Positions 24,453 to 32,395 of a stretch of DNA of 64,000 nt are shown here, in pieces (within the stretch, counting starts at the first letter, position 1; every line of letters starts with the position of its first letter). The stretch lies in the IMG/VR virus record IMGVR_UViG_3300045988_112022; one strand, given 5' to 3'. The DNA comes from a virus. The position numbers were made by a program, and so were the translations under genes. The notes below the pieces were generated by a model. The model was not told where the DNA came from. It ran no database searches and saw only the letters and a program-made list of their open reading frames with translations.

Positions 24453-24644
24453 ATGGAATACATATATAAAGAAGTAAATTTCTCAAAGTATTGTCCGTTA
24501 TGTGAATATGCGGATTTATATGAGGAGAAAGACCCGTGCAACGAATGTTTAGGCATTCCCATGAACGAGCATTCAGAGAAGCCGGTTTGCTATAAACCTA
24601 ACGAAAAGAAAATTAAAAAAGCAGAAAAGGAGAATACGAAATGA
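24453..24644 (+). CDS. Cys-rich small protein
   Basis: AGGAGG RBS before ATG 24453; CPLCE..CNEC. Confidence 0.55.
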   Translation: MEYIYKEVNFSKYCPLCEYADLYEEKDPCNECLGIPMNEHSEKPVCYKPNEKKIKKAEKENTK

Positions 24645-24883
24645 AAGTAAAGATTTTTGGAAGTGATGGCGATTCACTGGCACTGGAGAAAGCTGTAAAT
24701 GATTTTATTAAGGATAAAGATGTAGTTGATATCAAATACACGACAACCTTCGTCATCAATAAATATGGTAACTTTGGAGTTCCGGATGGTGGCATATTCA
24801 TCGATCGAGCTATGGTTATATGGAATCCAGATTCTAGCATTTTATATGCTGACGGACAAATGGTCGGCGTTGAAGGAGAGTAA
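24641..24883 (+). CDS. Hypothetical protein
   Basis: AAAGGAG RBS; ATGA overlap with the upstream gene. Confidence 0.6.
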   Translation: MKVKIFGSDGDSLALEKAVNDFIKDKDVVDIKYTTTFVINKYGNFGVPDGGIFIDRAMVIWNPDSSILYADGQMVGVEGE

Positions 24884-24884
24884 T

Positions 24885-25151
24885 ATGCTCACATGGGTGT
24901 TTATATTTTTAGGGGCGGTCGGTTTAACGGCTGTCCTTATTTTAATTGGATTGGCGATTGCCACATTAGAAGAAATTTGCAAAAGAGAGGTAATTGATAA
25001 GATGAGATGGAGAGATCCAGATCCGGGAAGAGATGGAAGAAGCGTAGAGCATGGTAAAGAAATCAAAAGAGATTTCATGAGTAGACCTGAACTGAGAAAT
25101 AGAGAAGCAGAGAAATGGTTTAGAAGAAAACCTTATGGAAAGGAGAAATAA
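24885..25151 (+). CDS. Small protein with N-terminal TM helix and basic C-terminus
   Basis: GAAGGAGAG RBS before ATG 24885. Confidence 0.55.
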   Translation: MLTWVFIFLGAVGLTAVLILIGLAIATLEEICKREVIDKMRWRDPDPGRDGRSVEHGKEIKRDFMSRPELRNREAEKWFRRKPYGKEK

Positions 25152-25381
25152 TTATGACAGGAAATGAGTATCAGACGGCCTACTCCGCCCTGTACTTATT
25201 ATCGGTAAATATAGGCGTTTGGATAGATTGACAGGTTTAAAACCAGACTTTTGGATTACTGGAGATGATGATAGTCGTACAATGCTGACACTAGGTGCCA
25301 GCAAGGTCGGAGGAGTAGAACTCAACCGGATAGAGGATGTACTGAAAATTGTAGAGATATTAAGAGTGGAGGGAGAAGGAA

Positions 25382-25570
25382 ATGATTAAATTAGAAGTTG
25401 AGGAGTATTGCGATGACTGTCCGGAGTTTGACGCTCATATAGAGAAAGCGGTACTATTCGATGGTTATTCTAAGGAATATTGTAACACAAATATTACATG
25501 CGAGCATAAAGACAAATGTAAACGTTTAAAAGATATGATTGAAAAGGAGGTTAAGAAAAGAAATGATTAA
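25382..25570 (+). CDS. Cys-rich small protein
   Basis: GGAGGGAGAAGG RBS; 62 aa. Confidence 0.55.
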   Translation: MIKLEVEEYCDDCPEFDAHIEKAVLFDGYSKEYCNTNITCEHKDKCKRLKDMIEKEVKKRND

Positions 25571-25718
25571 ATGTAGAGATTGCAGGTTTGGCGGTCTTAA
25601 AGTTTTACTGGATAACGAATCAGCGCCTTGCCTCCGATTAGATGACGAAGAGTGCCCGAATTACAATGAAAAAACTGGCGAAATCGAAATGCGAAATGCT
25701 GAGAGAAGGGAAGAATAA
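25563..25718 (+). CDS. 51-aa Cys-rich protein (below the ORF-track cutoff)
   Basis: MIKCRDCRFGG...; overlaps the previous stop. Confidence 0.4.
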   Translation: MIKCRDCRFGGLKVLLDNESAPCLRLDDEECPNYNEKTGEIEMRNAERREE

Positions 25719-25721
25719 AGG

Positions 25722-26051
25722 ATGTATGAGAATTTCATCAATGAGATATCAACGAAAGTGATTGAAACAAGGGATGAATTTATATTTCAGACAATATCGT
25801 CGTGGATTGTAAATAATCACCAGATAACCGTAAGCAAAGAGACATTATCTAAAGCTGTTGCACTTGTCAAAATGATGGAAGATCGCGGAGTTGATATTTG
25901 CGAAACTACAGTCAACGAGAAGATTTTATATGATGAGTACATGCGTGGATACAGAAAAGGTTATCGAGAGGGTCGCGATGTGATAGTTGAAATCTTTGAT
26001 GATAAGATGAAAGAGCTTAAAAACGAAATTGCGGAGGAAGCGGTTAGATAA
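25722..26051 (+). CDS. Hypothetical protein
   Basis: 109-aa ORF. Confidence 0.6.
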   Translation: MYENFINEISTKVIETRDEFIFQTISSWIVNNHQITVSKETLSKAVALVKMMEDRGVDICETTVNEKILYDEYMRGYRKGYREGRDVIVEIFDDKMKELKNEIAEEAVR

Positions 26052-26060
26052 GGAAAAATA

Positions 26061-26576
26061 ATGGGTGATAAATTCAAACTGGTGCTAAAAATCGAAGAAC
26101 GATTCAACGCAGGAAATGCTCAAAGGAAGGTTTTCGGTAAAATTAAAGGCAGACCTAATAAAAACATAGAGGTTATTCATCATAGCGGTGTCAAAGGAAT
26201 GAAGTGGGGAGTGAGAAACGGTCCACCATATCCAATCAAGAATAAAGGAAAGGTTGCAAAAGCTCAAAGCACATTGAAAAATGCTGATGGAAAAGATATA
26301 ATCAGCGTAAATTATGTTGAATTAACTTGGAAACCAAATAGCATTACTCAGATTCAGAGAAAAAATGGTGGAATTGACCGAAATTATTATGATAGTTCCG
26401 GACGACAAATAAAACAAATTAGTAATCATAATCACGGGCAGCCAAAACACCATCCATATGGGAAATATGGAGAACACGTACATGATTATATTTATGATAT
26501 ATCTGGAAAATTATGTGGTCGTCCAGTCAGAGAATTAACACAAAATGAACGAAGGGAAAATGGTGATATTTTATGA
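26061..26576 (+). CDS. Protein with HHSGVKGMKWGVR N-terminal motif and His-rich C-terminus
   Basis: 171 aa. The motif is shared with ORFs 40626 and 35329. C-terminal NHNHGQPKHHPYGKYGEHVHDY. Confidence 0.65.
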   Translation: MGDKFKLVLKIEERFNAGNAQRKVFGKIKGRPNKNIEVIHHSGVKGMKWGVRNGPPYPIKNKGKVAKAQSTLKNADGKDIISVNYVELTWKPNSITQIQRKNGGIDRNYYDSSGRQIKQISNHNHGQPKHHPYGKYGEHVHDYIYDISGKLCGRPVRELTQNERRENGDIL

Positions 26577-26803
26577 CAGAGTTTAATATGAAAGAATATC
26601 TTGGTAATTTGACAAGTCATGTTATGTTTGAATACAATGGATATTCTTGCGGTGTAGATCCATTGGCACGTGATAACTTTGATATGTGGTATGGTGATGA
26701 AAGCATGACGGCTCATTCTATTGATGAGGTTATGACTACAAAGTTCTTTGATGGAAAATCTCTGGAGAATATTTTGGATGATATAACGGATCTGGAGTAT
26801 TAG
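26573..26803 (+). CDS. Small acidic protein, translationally coupled to 26061
   Basis: ATGA overlap; 76 aa. Confidence 0.6.
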   Translation: MTEFNMKEYLGNLTSHVMFEYNGYSCGVDPLARDNFDMWYGDESMTAHSIDEVMTTKFFDGKSLENILDDITDLEY

Positions 26804-26836
26804 TCTATTTTGGTGGTAAGAGAGGAATTGAATAAG

Positions 26837-26864
26837 TTCGCTAAAAATACAGTTCCTTTAATGA
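26837..26864 (+). promoter_or_regulatory. Conserved phage element copy (variant TTCGCT-N15-TTAATGA)
   Basis: TTCGCTAAAAATACAGTTCCTTTAATGA followed by AAGGAG. Confidence 0.45.
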
Positions 26865-26879
26865 AAGGAGTGATATTAT

Positions 26880-27068
26880 ATGGCGAAAGACTATATTGTT
26901 AAAACGACTAAATACGGAAGAGATTGGAAAAAAATTGGTGAGGGTATTGATTTTTTAGAAGATGATAAGTTATATCGACTAGAATTTCATGCAAGAGGAT
27001 TGATCCAATATATCCGCGCAAAAAGGGCGTTTAAACGAAACGAGAAATTCAAAATTTACACTTATTAA
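26880..27068 (+). CDS. Hypothetical basic protein
   Basis: AAAGGAG RBS; 62 aa. Confidence 0.6.
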   Translation: MAKDYIVKTTKYGRDWKKIGEGIDFLEDDKLYRLEFHARGLIQYIRAKRAFKRNEKFKIYTY

Positions 27069-27072
27069 AAGT

Positions 27073-27122
27073 AGAGACTCAGCGTAGAAATTACGTTGGG
27101 TCTCTTCTTTTATATTCCATCA
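27073..27122 (+). terminator. Intrinsic terminator (sequence-related to the one at 30679)
   Basis: AGAGACTCAGCGTA-GAAAT-TACGTTGGGTCTCT followed by TCTTTTA. Confidence 0.6.
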
Positions 27123-27147
27123 CATTTACAGAAAGGAGAATTTTAAA

Positions 27148-28209
27148 ATGATCAAATTAGAAAATGTAGTTCCGGCAAGCCTAGAGCAGATGGAGTTTAT
27201 TATTCAAGGAATGAGGAATCCGATGAACTCGTGGGAGAAGAGTGATAGTGGTAGAGGCTGCGCTGGCAAGTTATGCGGAAGCCATTGTGCGTTTAGTTCT
27301 CAGTGGTGTGGTAACACTCCGAAATATGTAGTAGGAGAAGCCGATCACTCCCTCATGCAGCGCTTATCCAATGCTGGTACAGAACACCGTAAGTATTTAA
27401 GAATGATGCCGGTGTATGTGAGAATTACGGCGTCTTTATATTGGTGGAAAGAATTTGATACTTATAAGGTTGGAACAGTTGCAAACTCTTGCAGTACAAT
27501 GCATAAGATTGCGGAGAAAGAATTTACGCTGGAGGATTTTTCGATAGAACATATCTGTATCCGGCAGTCGATGGATGTATTAAAGGAAACGATCGACACA
27601 TTGAACGTATTCAGAGGCGTTTATTTGAATGGTGGAATTTTACGTTATGAGAACGGCAATATAAAATGCTTTGGTAAAAAAGATAAAGAAATTTGGTGGC
27701 AGCTTATTCAGCTTCTTCCGAGCAGCTATAACCAGACTCGTAATGTTATGTTGAATTATGAGGTTCTGGCGAATATTTACAGACAGCGGAAAAATCATAA
27801 GCTGGATGAGTGGCGAGAGGTTTGTAAGTGGATTGAGAGCTTGCCGTACAGTGAGCTGATTACTGGACTTCCTATCGAGTCAGATCAGGCAGTTGAAGAA
27901 AAACGTTTTCCGCAGCCATTTCCTTGGAATAAGGACGATGTATATTGCGATAATTGTGAACATTTTCATGACTGCTTAAACAAAGGAGGTCTCGCTGACG
28001 TTACAACCAGTGATGATATTGTAAAAAATGGTTTTGGACGACAACATTACGTTAACAAACCTGGGTATGATTGTCCGAAGAAGGTTCAGTCCCAACTTGC
28101 CGAAGATGATCCCATGAATTTTAGTGTTGGAAAAATTATTCATGATCTCATGGCTAAAGAACTTACCGAAGACGTTAAGAAACAGATTTTAGAGGAGGAT
28201 TCGAAATGA
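27148..28209 (+). CDS. Divergent ThyX-like (flavin-dependent thymidylate synthase fold) protein with a Cys/His-containing C-terminal extension
   Basis: GTEHRKYLRMMPVYVRITASLYWWKEFDTYKVGTVANSCSTMH lines up with the ThyX core. The canonical RHRxxS motif is absent. Confidence 0.35.
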   Translation: MIKLENVVPASLEQMEFIIQGMRNPMNSWEKSDSGRGCAGKLCGSHCAFSSQWCGNTPKYVVGEADHSLMQRLSNAGTEHRKYLRMMPVYVRITASLYWWKEFDTYKVGTVANSCSTMHKIAEKEFTLEDFSIEHICIRQSMDVLKETIDTLNVFRGVYLNGGILRYENGNIKCFGKKDKEIWWQLIQLLPSSYNQTRNVMLNYEVLANIYRQRKNHKLDEWREVCKWIESLPYSELITGLPIESDQAVEEKRFPQPFPWNKDDVYCDNCEHFHDCLNKGGLADVTTSDDIVKNGFGRQHYVNKPGYDCPKKVQSQLAEDDPMNFSVGKIIHDLMAKELTEDVKKQILEEDSK

Positions 28210-28352
28210 TATTTTTAATAAAAATTTGTTTAGCAGTATTCATGCTTATCGATCTGCTCTTGGCATGGCGGTACGCAAACGATCGGGATATCTGTAAAGT
28301 TGTTATATTCTGTTCTGCTATTATATGCAGCATGTTGAGTCTTTGTAGATGA
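28206..28352 (+). CDS. 48-aa membrane peptide (below the ORF-track cutoff)
   Basis: ATGA overlap with the upstream stop. MIFLIKICLAVFMLIDLLLAW... Confidence 0.4.
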   Translation: MIFLIKICLAVFMLIDLLLAWRYANDRDICKVVIFCSAIICSMLSLCR

Positions 28353-28365
28353 GGAGAGAATCAAA

Positions 28366-28524
28366 ATGTTTGCTTTGGTATTCGGAGTGTTATTTGCGGT
28401 GTCGTTTTTAGGATTTGAGATAACCTCCAGGAGTAAATACAGCGCTGCGTCACATCTCATTTGGGGTGTGGCGTTTATTATTTTCACGGTATGTTATTAC
28501 CTGCGCATTTTGCTACACAATTGA
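28366..28524 (+). CDS. 52-aa two-TM membrane peptide (below the ORF-track cutoff)
   Basis: GAGGAGAG RBS. MFALVFGVLFAVSFLGF...LIWGVAFIIFTVCYY. Confidence 0.45.
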   Translation: MFALVFGVLFAVSFLGFEITSRSKYSAASHLIWGVAFIIFTVCYYLRILLHN

Positions 28525-28780
28525 AACATCTGATTTACCGATGTGGGTTAAATTTTTATTATTAAAATGAGGAGGAATTGTGTATGAGATGTAACCGAAG
28601 AAGAGTAATGAATACGATACCGTCGAGTATGGACAAGAGCATCCTGAGTGGGCTGAAAAGATTATTGAGAAATTTTCAAAAGAGAATTAAGTTCGAAAGG
28701 TGGGACGAATGACAGTCACATCAACTATTTTAGCTTTAATTATCATAGCGTGGGTTTTATTTAATTGGAGGAAAATCGAA

Positions 28781-29329
28781 ATGAAAAAATCAAATTGGAA
28801 ATTAGTTCTTATTATTGTTGCAGGGATTCTTGCAGTTGTCATGACAGGCGTATTCGGAGTGCAGAGTTCACAAAATAAAGCTTTTTCACTGGAGGAACAG
28901 GTGAATACAGCTGATTCAGACATCAAAGTTCAGGAAAAAAGACGTGTGGATCTGATTTATAACCTTGCAGATTGTGTAAAGCAGTATGATAAACACGAAG
29001 CTGATACACTTACCGCTATCGTAGAAGGGCGAGGCTCCACTGGAGATATTGAAAATGTTACCACTGCGATTGCAGCTGTAAGCGAAGCTTATCCGGAATT
29101 AAAATCAGATGAAAATTATAAGGAACTGATGAATGAACTCTCTATTACAGAAAATCTGATTGCAGAATATCGTAGCAATTATAATAAACAGATAAAATTG
29201 TACAGACGTTATATAAGAAAATTCCCTACGCGAATCTTTTTGGATATTCTTGGATATGAGGTTCATGAGTATGCATATTTAGATTACGAAGCTCCTGTCG
29301 ATGCTCCACAGAATCTGTTCGTGGAATAA
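28781..29329 (+). CDS. lemA: LemA family membrane protein
   Basis: GGAGG RBS before ATG 28781. N-terminal TM helix, then EEQVNTADSDIKVQEKRRVDLIYNL..AYPELKSDENYKELMNEL..ENLIAEYRSNYNK. Confidence 0.75.
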   Translation: MKKSNWKLVLIIVAGILAVVMTGVFGVQSSQNKAFSLEEQVNTADSDIKVQEKRRVDLIYNLADCVKQYDKHEADTLTAIVEGRGSTGDIENVTTAIAAVSEAYPELKSDENYKELMNELSITENLIAEYRSNYNKQIKLYRRYIRKFPTRIFLDILGYEVHEYAYLDYEAPVDAPQNLFVE

Positions 29330-29333
29330 GCTT

Positions 29334-30092
29334 ATGAATAAATGGAACGGATTTGATTTCGGAGACTTTAAAATCACAAAAAGAGAAATCTTAGCAAGTA
29401 TATCTATCATTGCGGTTCTGTTACTTATTGGCTTTATAATTTCTGGTAAAATCTCAGATCATGCGATGGACAAAAACGAAAAATACAATAAAGCAGTAAA
29501 GATTAAAGAACAGGATCTGTTTGAATATGGTATGCGGACTGATATTGGAAACGCATTTATCTATGGCGATTTGGAAGCTGTCGACACTGTTACTTATCCG
29601 GAGATTGGTGGAAAGTATATGTATGTGCAAAAGGTCGAAGAACATTACACGAGACACACTCGTAAGGTGGCTCACACAAAGACTGTGAATGGAAAATCTC
29701 ACACATATTATACAACTGAGGTTTATTGGTCATGGGATTATGTCGGGAGTGAGGATAAGACTTGTAAAGAGATATCTTTCTTGAAACATGTATTCTCAAG
29801 TAAGAAAATTCAATTACCGGATGATGATTATATTGATACCTTAAAAGAATCATCTAATGTACGCTTCAAATACTATGGAGTTGGTTTGAAGTACACCGGA
29901 ACGATATTTACAGAATTAAAAAATAAAACAATAAAAAATAATTCGCCATTCTATGAAAATATGACGATTGATGAGACCGTGGAACACTTAGAATCCGATT
30001 TTGCATTATGGTTATTCTGGATTTTCTGGATATTTTTAATCGGAGCATGTGTCTACGGTTTTTATTATCTTGATAATGAATGGCTTGAATAA
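29334..30092 (+). CDS. Membrane protein partner of LemA (N- and C-terminal TM helices)
   Basis: Starts 5 nt after the LemA stop. TM helices at both ends, soluble centre. Confidence 0.65.
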   Translation: MNKWNGFDFGDFKITKREILASISIIAVLLLIGFIISGKISDHAMDKNEKYNKAVKIKEQDLFEYGMRTDIGNAFIYGDLEAVDTVTYPEIGGKYMYVQKVEEHYTRHTRKVAHTKTVNGKSHTYYTTEVYWSWDYVGSEDKTCKEISFLKHVFSSKKIQLPDDDYIDTLKESSNVRFKYYGVGLKYTGTIFTELKNKTIKNNSPFYENMTIDETVEHLESDFALWLFWIFWIFLIGACVYGFYYLDNEWLE

Positions 30093-30163
30093 AAAAGAAA
30101 AGGAGATTAAAGAAATGAGCGAAGAAATAAAGAGAGAGAAAACAACAATAGAGGGAGAGTATT

Positions 30164-30388
30164 ATGAAACAGATACTTTTAGTAGACATACTTGCGATCT
30201 TGAGAAATAACGAAACAATTTATCTTTACGAGTCACCTAATCATTCAATCGGGTCATTCTATGTTGATAGTCTGCTTGCCTATCTCAGCGATGCAGCGAT
30301 ATTAAACAGGGAAGTGCAGCTTATCGAAACAACGACCTCAGGTAGTATCTGCATTACGCTTAAATCAAATAAAGAAAAGGAGAAGTAA
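30164..30388 (+). CDS. Hypothetical protein
   Basis: AGAGGGAGAG RBS; 74 aa. Confidence 0.55.
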   Translation: MKQILLVDILAILRNNETIYLYESPNHSIGSFYVDSLLAYLSDAAILNREVQLIETTTSGSICITLKSNKEKEK

Positions 30389-30396
30389 TTATTTTT

Positions 30397-30424
30397 TTCG
30401 CGTTGAAAACATCTCCTATAATGA
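30397..30424 (+). promoter_or_regulatory. Conserved phage element copy (TTCGCG-N15-ATAATGA); last copy in the window
   Basis: TTCGCGTTGAAAACATCTCCTATAATGA. It shares its TTCGCGTTGAAAACA 5' half with the copy at 7791, and its TCCTATAATGA 3' part plus the downstream GAGAAAATTAT with the copy at 8053. Confidence 0.5.
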
Positions 30425-30452
30425 GAAAATTATTTTAAGGAGGAATTTGGTT

Positions 30453-30662
30453 ATGGCAAATCTGAAAACATTGAAAACAGTAGGAGTAGTGATAACAGGT
30501 GTGACTGGTGTGTTAGCATGGTACAATTCTTGCAAAAGTTGTGTGTCAATAGAGGATGATGACACCACAAGCGTTGCAATTAGAAAGGCCACTGACAGCA
30601 TAACATACGGCATTCTGTACGGCAGTTGTGTTAAAATGATTTGTGATGTGTACAACAAATAA
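30453..30662 (+). CDS. Small membrane protein
   Basis: AAGGAGG RBS before ATG 30453. Confidence 0.55.
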   Translation: MANLKTLKTVGVVITGVTGVLAWYNSCKSCVSIEDDDTTSVAIRKATDSITYGILYGSCVKMICDVYNK

Positions 30663-30678
30663 TTTTATCGAAGACATT

Positions 30679-30716
30679 GGACTCAGCGTTAAATACGTTG
30701 GGTCTTTTGTTTTTTA
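30679..30716 (+). terminator. Intrinsic terminator (related to 27073)
   Basis: GGACTCAGCGT-TAAAT-ACGTTGGGTC followed by TTTTGTTTTTT. Confidence 0.6.
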
Positions 30717-30916
30717 TTTAAACTATTTTAATAAAGAAAGGATTCGCATTAATGCTACATATTTTAGCTATCGGCAGCGTTGTGCTCGGTGTATTTGAAT
30801 ATTTATTAGCCAGCGATAAAGCAGATCAGATCAAGGGTCTGCTTTTAATTATCTTAGCTGCTGTTATTATGTAAACTAAAAATTATATCCATACAAAACG
30901 ATAAGGAGGATTAGCT

Positions 30917-31582
30917 ATGATGTTGAATTTTAACAGTTATGAAGATCTCAAAGACAAACTGCAGATTCGTATTTATGATCCTGATTTCAGTCGTAATTTA
31001 TTGGAAGGAAAAGTTGTAACTCATATTGGCGATTTCGCTCTGGTTTATATGGCTACCTTGTATGAATCAGAAAAAAGACTGGGTAATCTGATGTTTACTC
31101 AGGAGTTGATGGATGTGCTTGGGATTGATATTCAGACATTACATAGGGATGCCATGATCAGCGATATGAATTACGAACCGGTATTATTCACTACTGAGGA
31201 TCTCATTGAAGCGTTTGCCCTTAAAAAACCATTGTTTGCGATTAATTTATTCAATAGAAAAGTTCGTATGCGAGGTGATAAGTTACCGATGCTGACGCTC
31301 ACTAAAGGTAATCAGATGAACGGAGCCAGTTTGATATTACATAAGAGCATTCGGAAGAAGATCGGAGATATCGTCGGTGGTAACTTTTATGTTCTCCCAT
31401 CATCCATTCATGAAGTCATGATTATTCCGGAAGAGGGGTTTGAAGCAGGCGAATTATCCAAACTGGTATCCACGTGTAATTCCCAATTATACACAGAAGC
31501 AAATTCAAAAGATATTTTATCAGATAAGGTTCAGTGGTGCAGTATGGACGGAGAAATTCTCAGGAGAGCAGAAAATGAATAG
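30917..31582 (+). CDS. DUF5688-like protein
   Basis: AAGGAGG RBS. The FYVLPSSIHEVMIIPE segment is typical of that family as I recall it. Confidence 0.6.
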   Translation: MMLNFNSYEDLKDKLQIRIYDPDFSRNLLEGKVVTHIGDFALVYMATLYESEKRLGNLMFTQELMDVLGIDIQTLHRDAMISDMNYEPVLFTTEDLIEAFALKKPLFAINLFNRKVRMRGDKLPMLTLTKGNQMNGASLILHKSIRKKIGDIVGGNFYVLPSSIHEVMIIPEEGFEAGELSKLVSTCNSQLYTEANSKDILSDKVQWCSMDGEILRRAENE

Positions 31583-31973
31583 AGCAGAAATGAGACGTAT
31601 GAAGCGAGAACAGGAGAAAGCTCATACCGCAACCTACAACCTGACGCAGGCGCAGCTGGACGCTATCGTTCAGGAAAAAATCGGGGTTAAGATCGCCGAG
31701 ACTAAGAAAGATGTTTATGAAGAAACTGTTAATACTGTACTAGCGTTGGTTCTCACCCTGCCATTAGAAGTGCTCATGGATCACTATTGGCCTAAATCAT
31801 ATCGTGAACGACTTCCGGGATTCGTGGGTAAAGTTCTGGAATATTACGGACGTTGGGAAGACGGTGAATTGGATATGGATAAGCTCAAAGAAGATTTATG
31901 GGAATATGGCGGAATCCGGTTGGAACCAGCGCAGATAGATATGGAGGATATTTCAAAGAATAATGAAAAATGA
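31575..31973 (+). CDS. Hypothetical protein
   Basis: AGGAGAG before ATG 31575; overlaps the upstream stop. Confidence 0.6.
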   Translation: MNRAEMRRMKREQEKAHTATYNLTQAQLDAIVQEKIGVKIAETKKDVYEETVNTVLALVLTLPLEVLMDHYWPKSYRERLPGFVGKVLEYYGRWEDGELDMDKLKEDLWEYGGIRLEPAQIDMEDISKNNEK

Positions 31974-32208
31974 TTTAAAGCGGAATGGGTCTGGATGTCT
32001 GGACCCTACTGCATATCAGGCTATTATGAACGCCGATGCTGTGTCATCGGTGGATAAAGCAAATAGGTACAAACGTAGAGAAAACGATTCAGAGGAACGA
32101 CTCAATAAATTACTCACTGCTATATTCGCTATTTGTGACGCTTCGGATTTTCATATTGAAGAGAGGATCGTAGTTAAGGATAAACGGACCGGGAAGATTT
32201 GGAGGTAG
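31963..32208 (+). CDS. Hypothetical protein
   Basis: 81-aa ORF. Confidence 0.5.
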   Translation: MKNDLKRNGSGCLDPTAYQAIMNADAVSSVDKANRYKRRENDSEERLNKLLTAIFAICDASDFHIEERIVVKDKRTGKIWR

Positions 32209-32212
32209 TGGG

Positions 32213-32395
32213 ATGAGTAAAAAGAAAGGGAGACCGAAGAAAGATTTCGCTCGGGAGTACCAGTATCGAGTGCGTTTATCACTTGGCGATATTTATACTT
32301 TAGAATATATACAGGAAGTGACTGGTAAAACAAAGGCCGAAATTTTCAGAGATGGATTGAAAGCGGAGTATGAAAAGGCGAGACGGCTTGATTAA
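32213..32395 (+). CDS. Ribbon-helix-helix (CopG/Arc/ParG-like) DNA-binding protein
   Basis: GGAGG RBS. Basic N-terminus, a YRVRLSLGD beta-strand, then two helices. Confidence 0.5.
   Translation: MSKKKGRPKKDFAREYQYRVRLSLGDIYTLEYIQEVTGKTKAEIFRDGLKAEYEKARRLD

Noticed and set aside
25155-25381. ORF-poor stretch with short fragments (MTGNEYQTAYSAL..., then a 50-codon frame without an ATG): possible decayed MazG-like gene
   Set aside because: Only a few N-terminal residues resemble MazG-type starts. That is too little sequence evidence to call a pseudogene.
28230-28487. 85-aa minus-strand ORF
   Set aside because: Two + strand mini-ORFs with RBS or ATGA coupling and clear TM helices occupy the same space, and the surrounding operon is entirely + strand.
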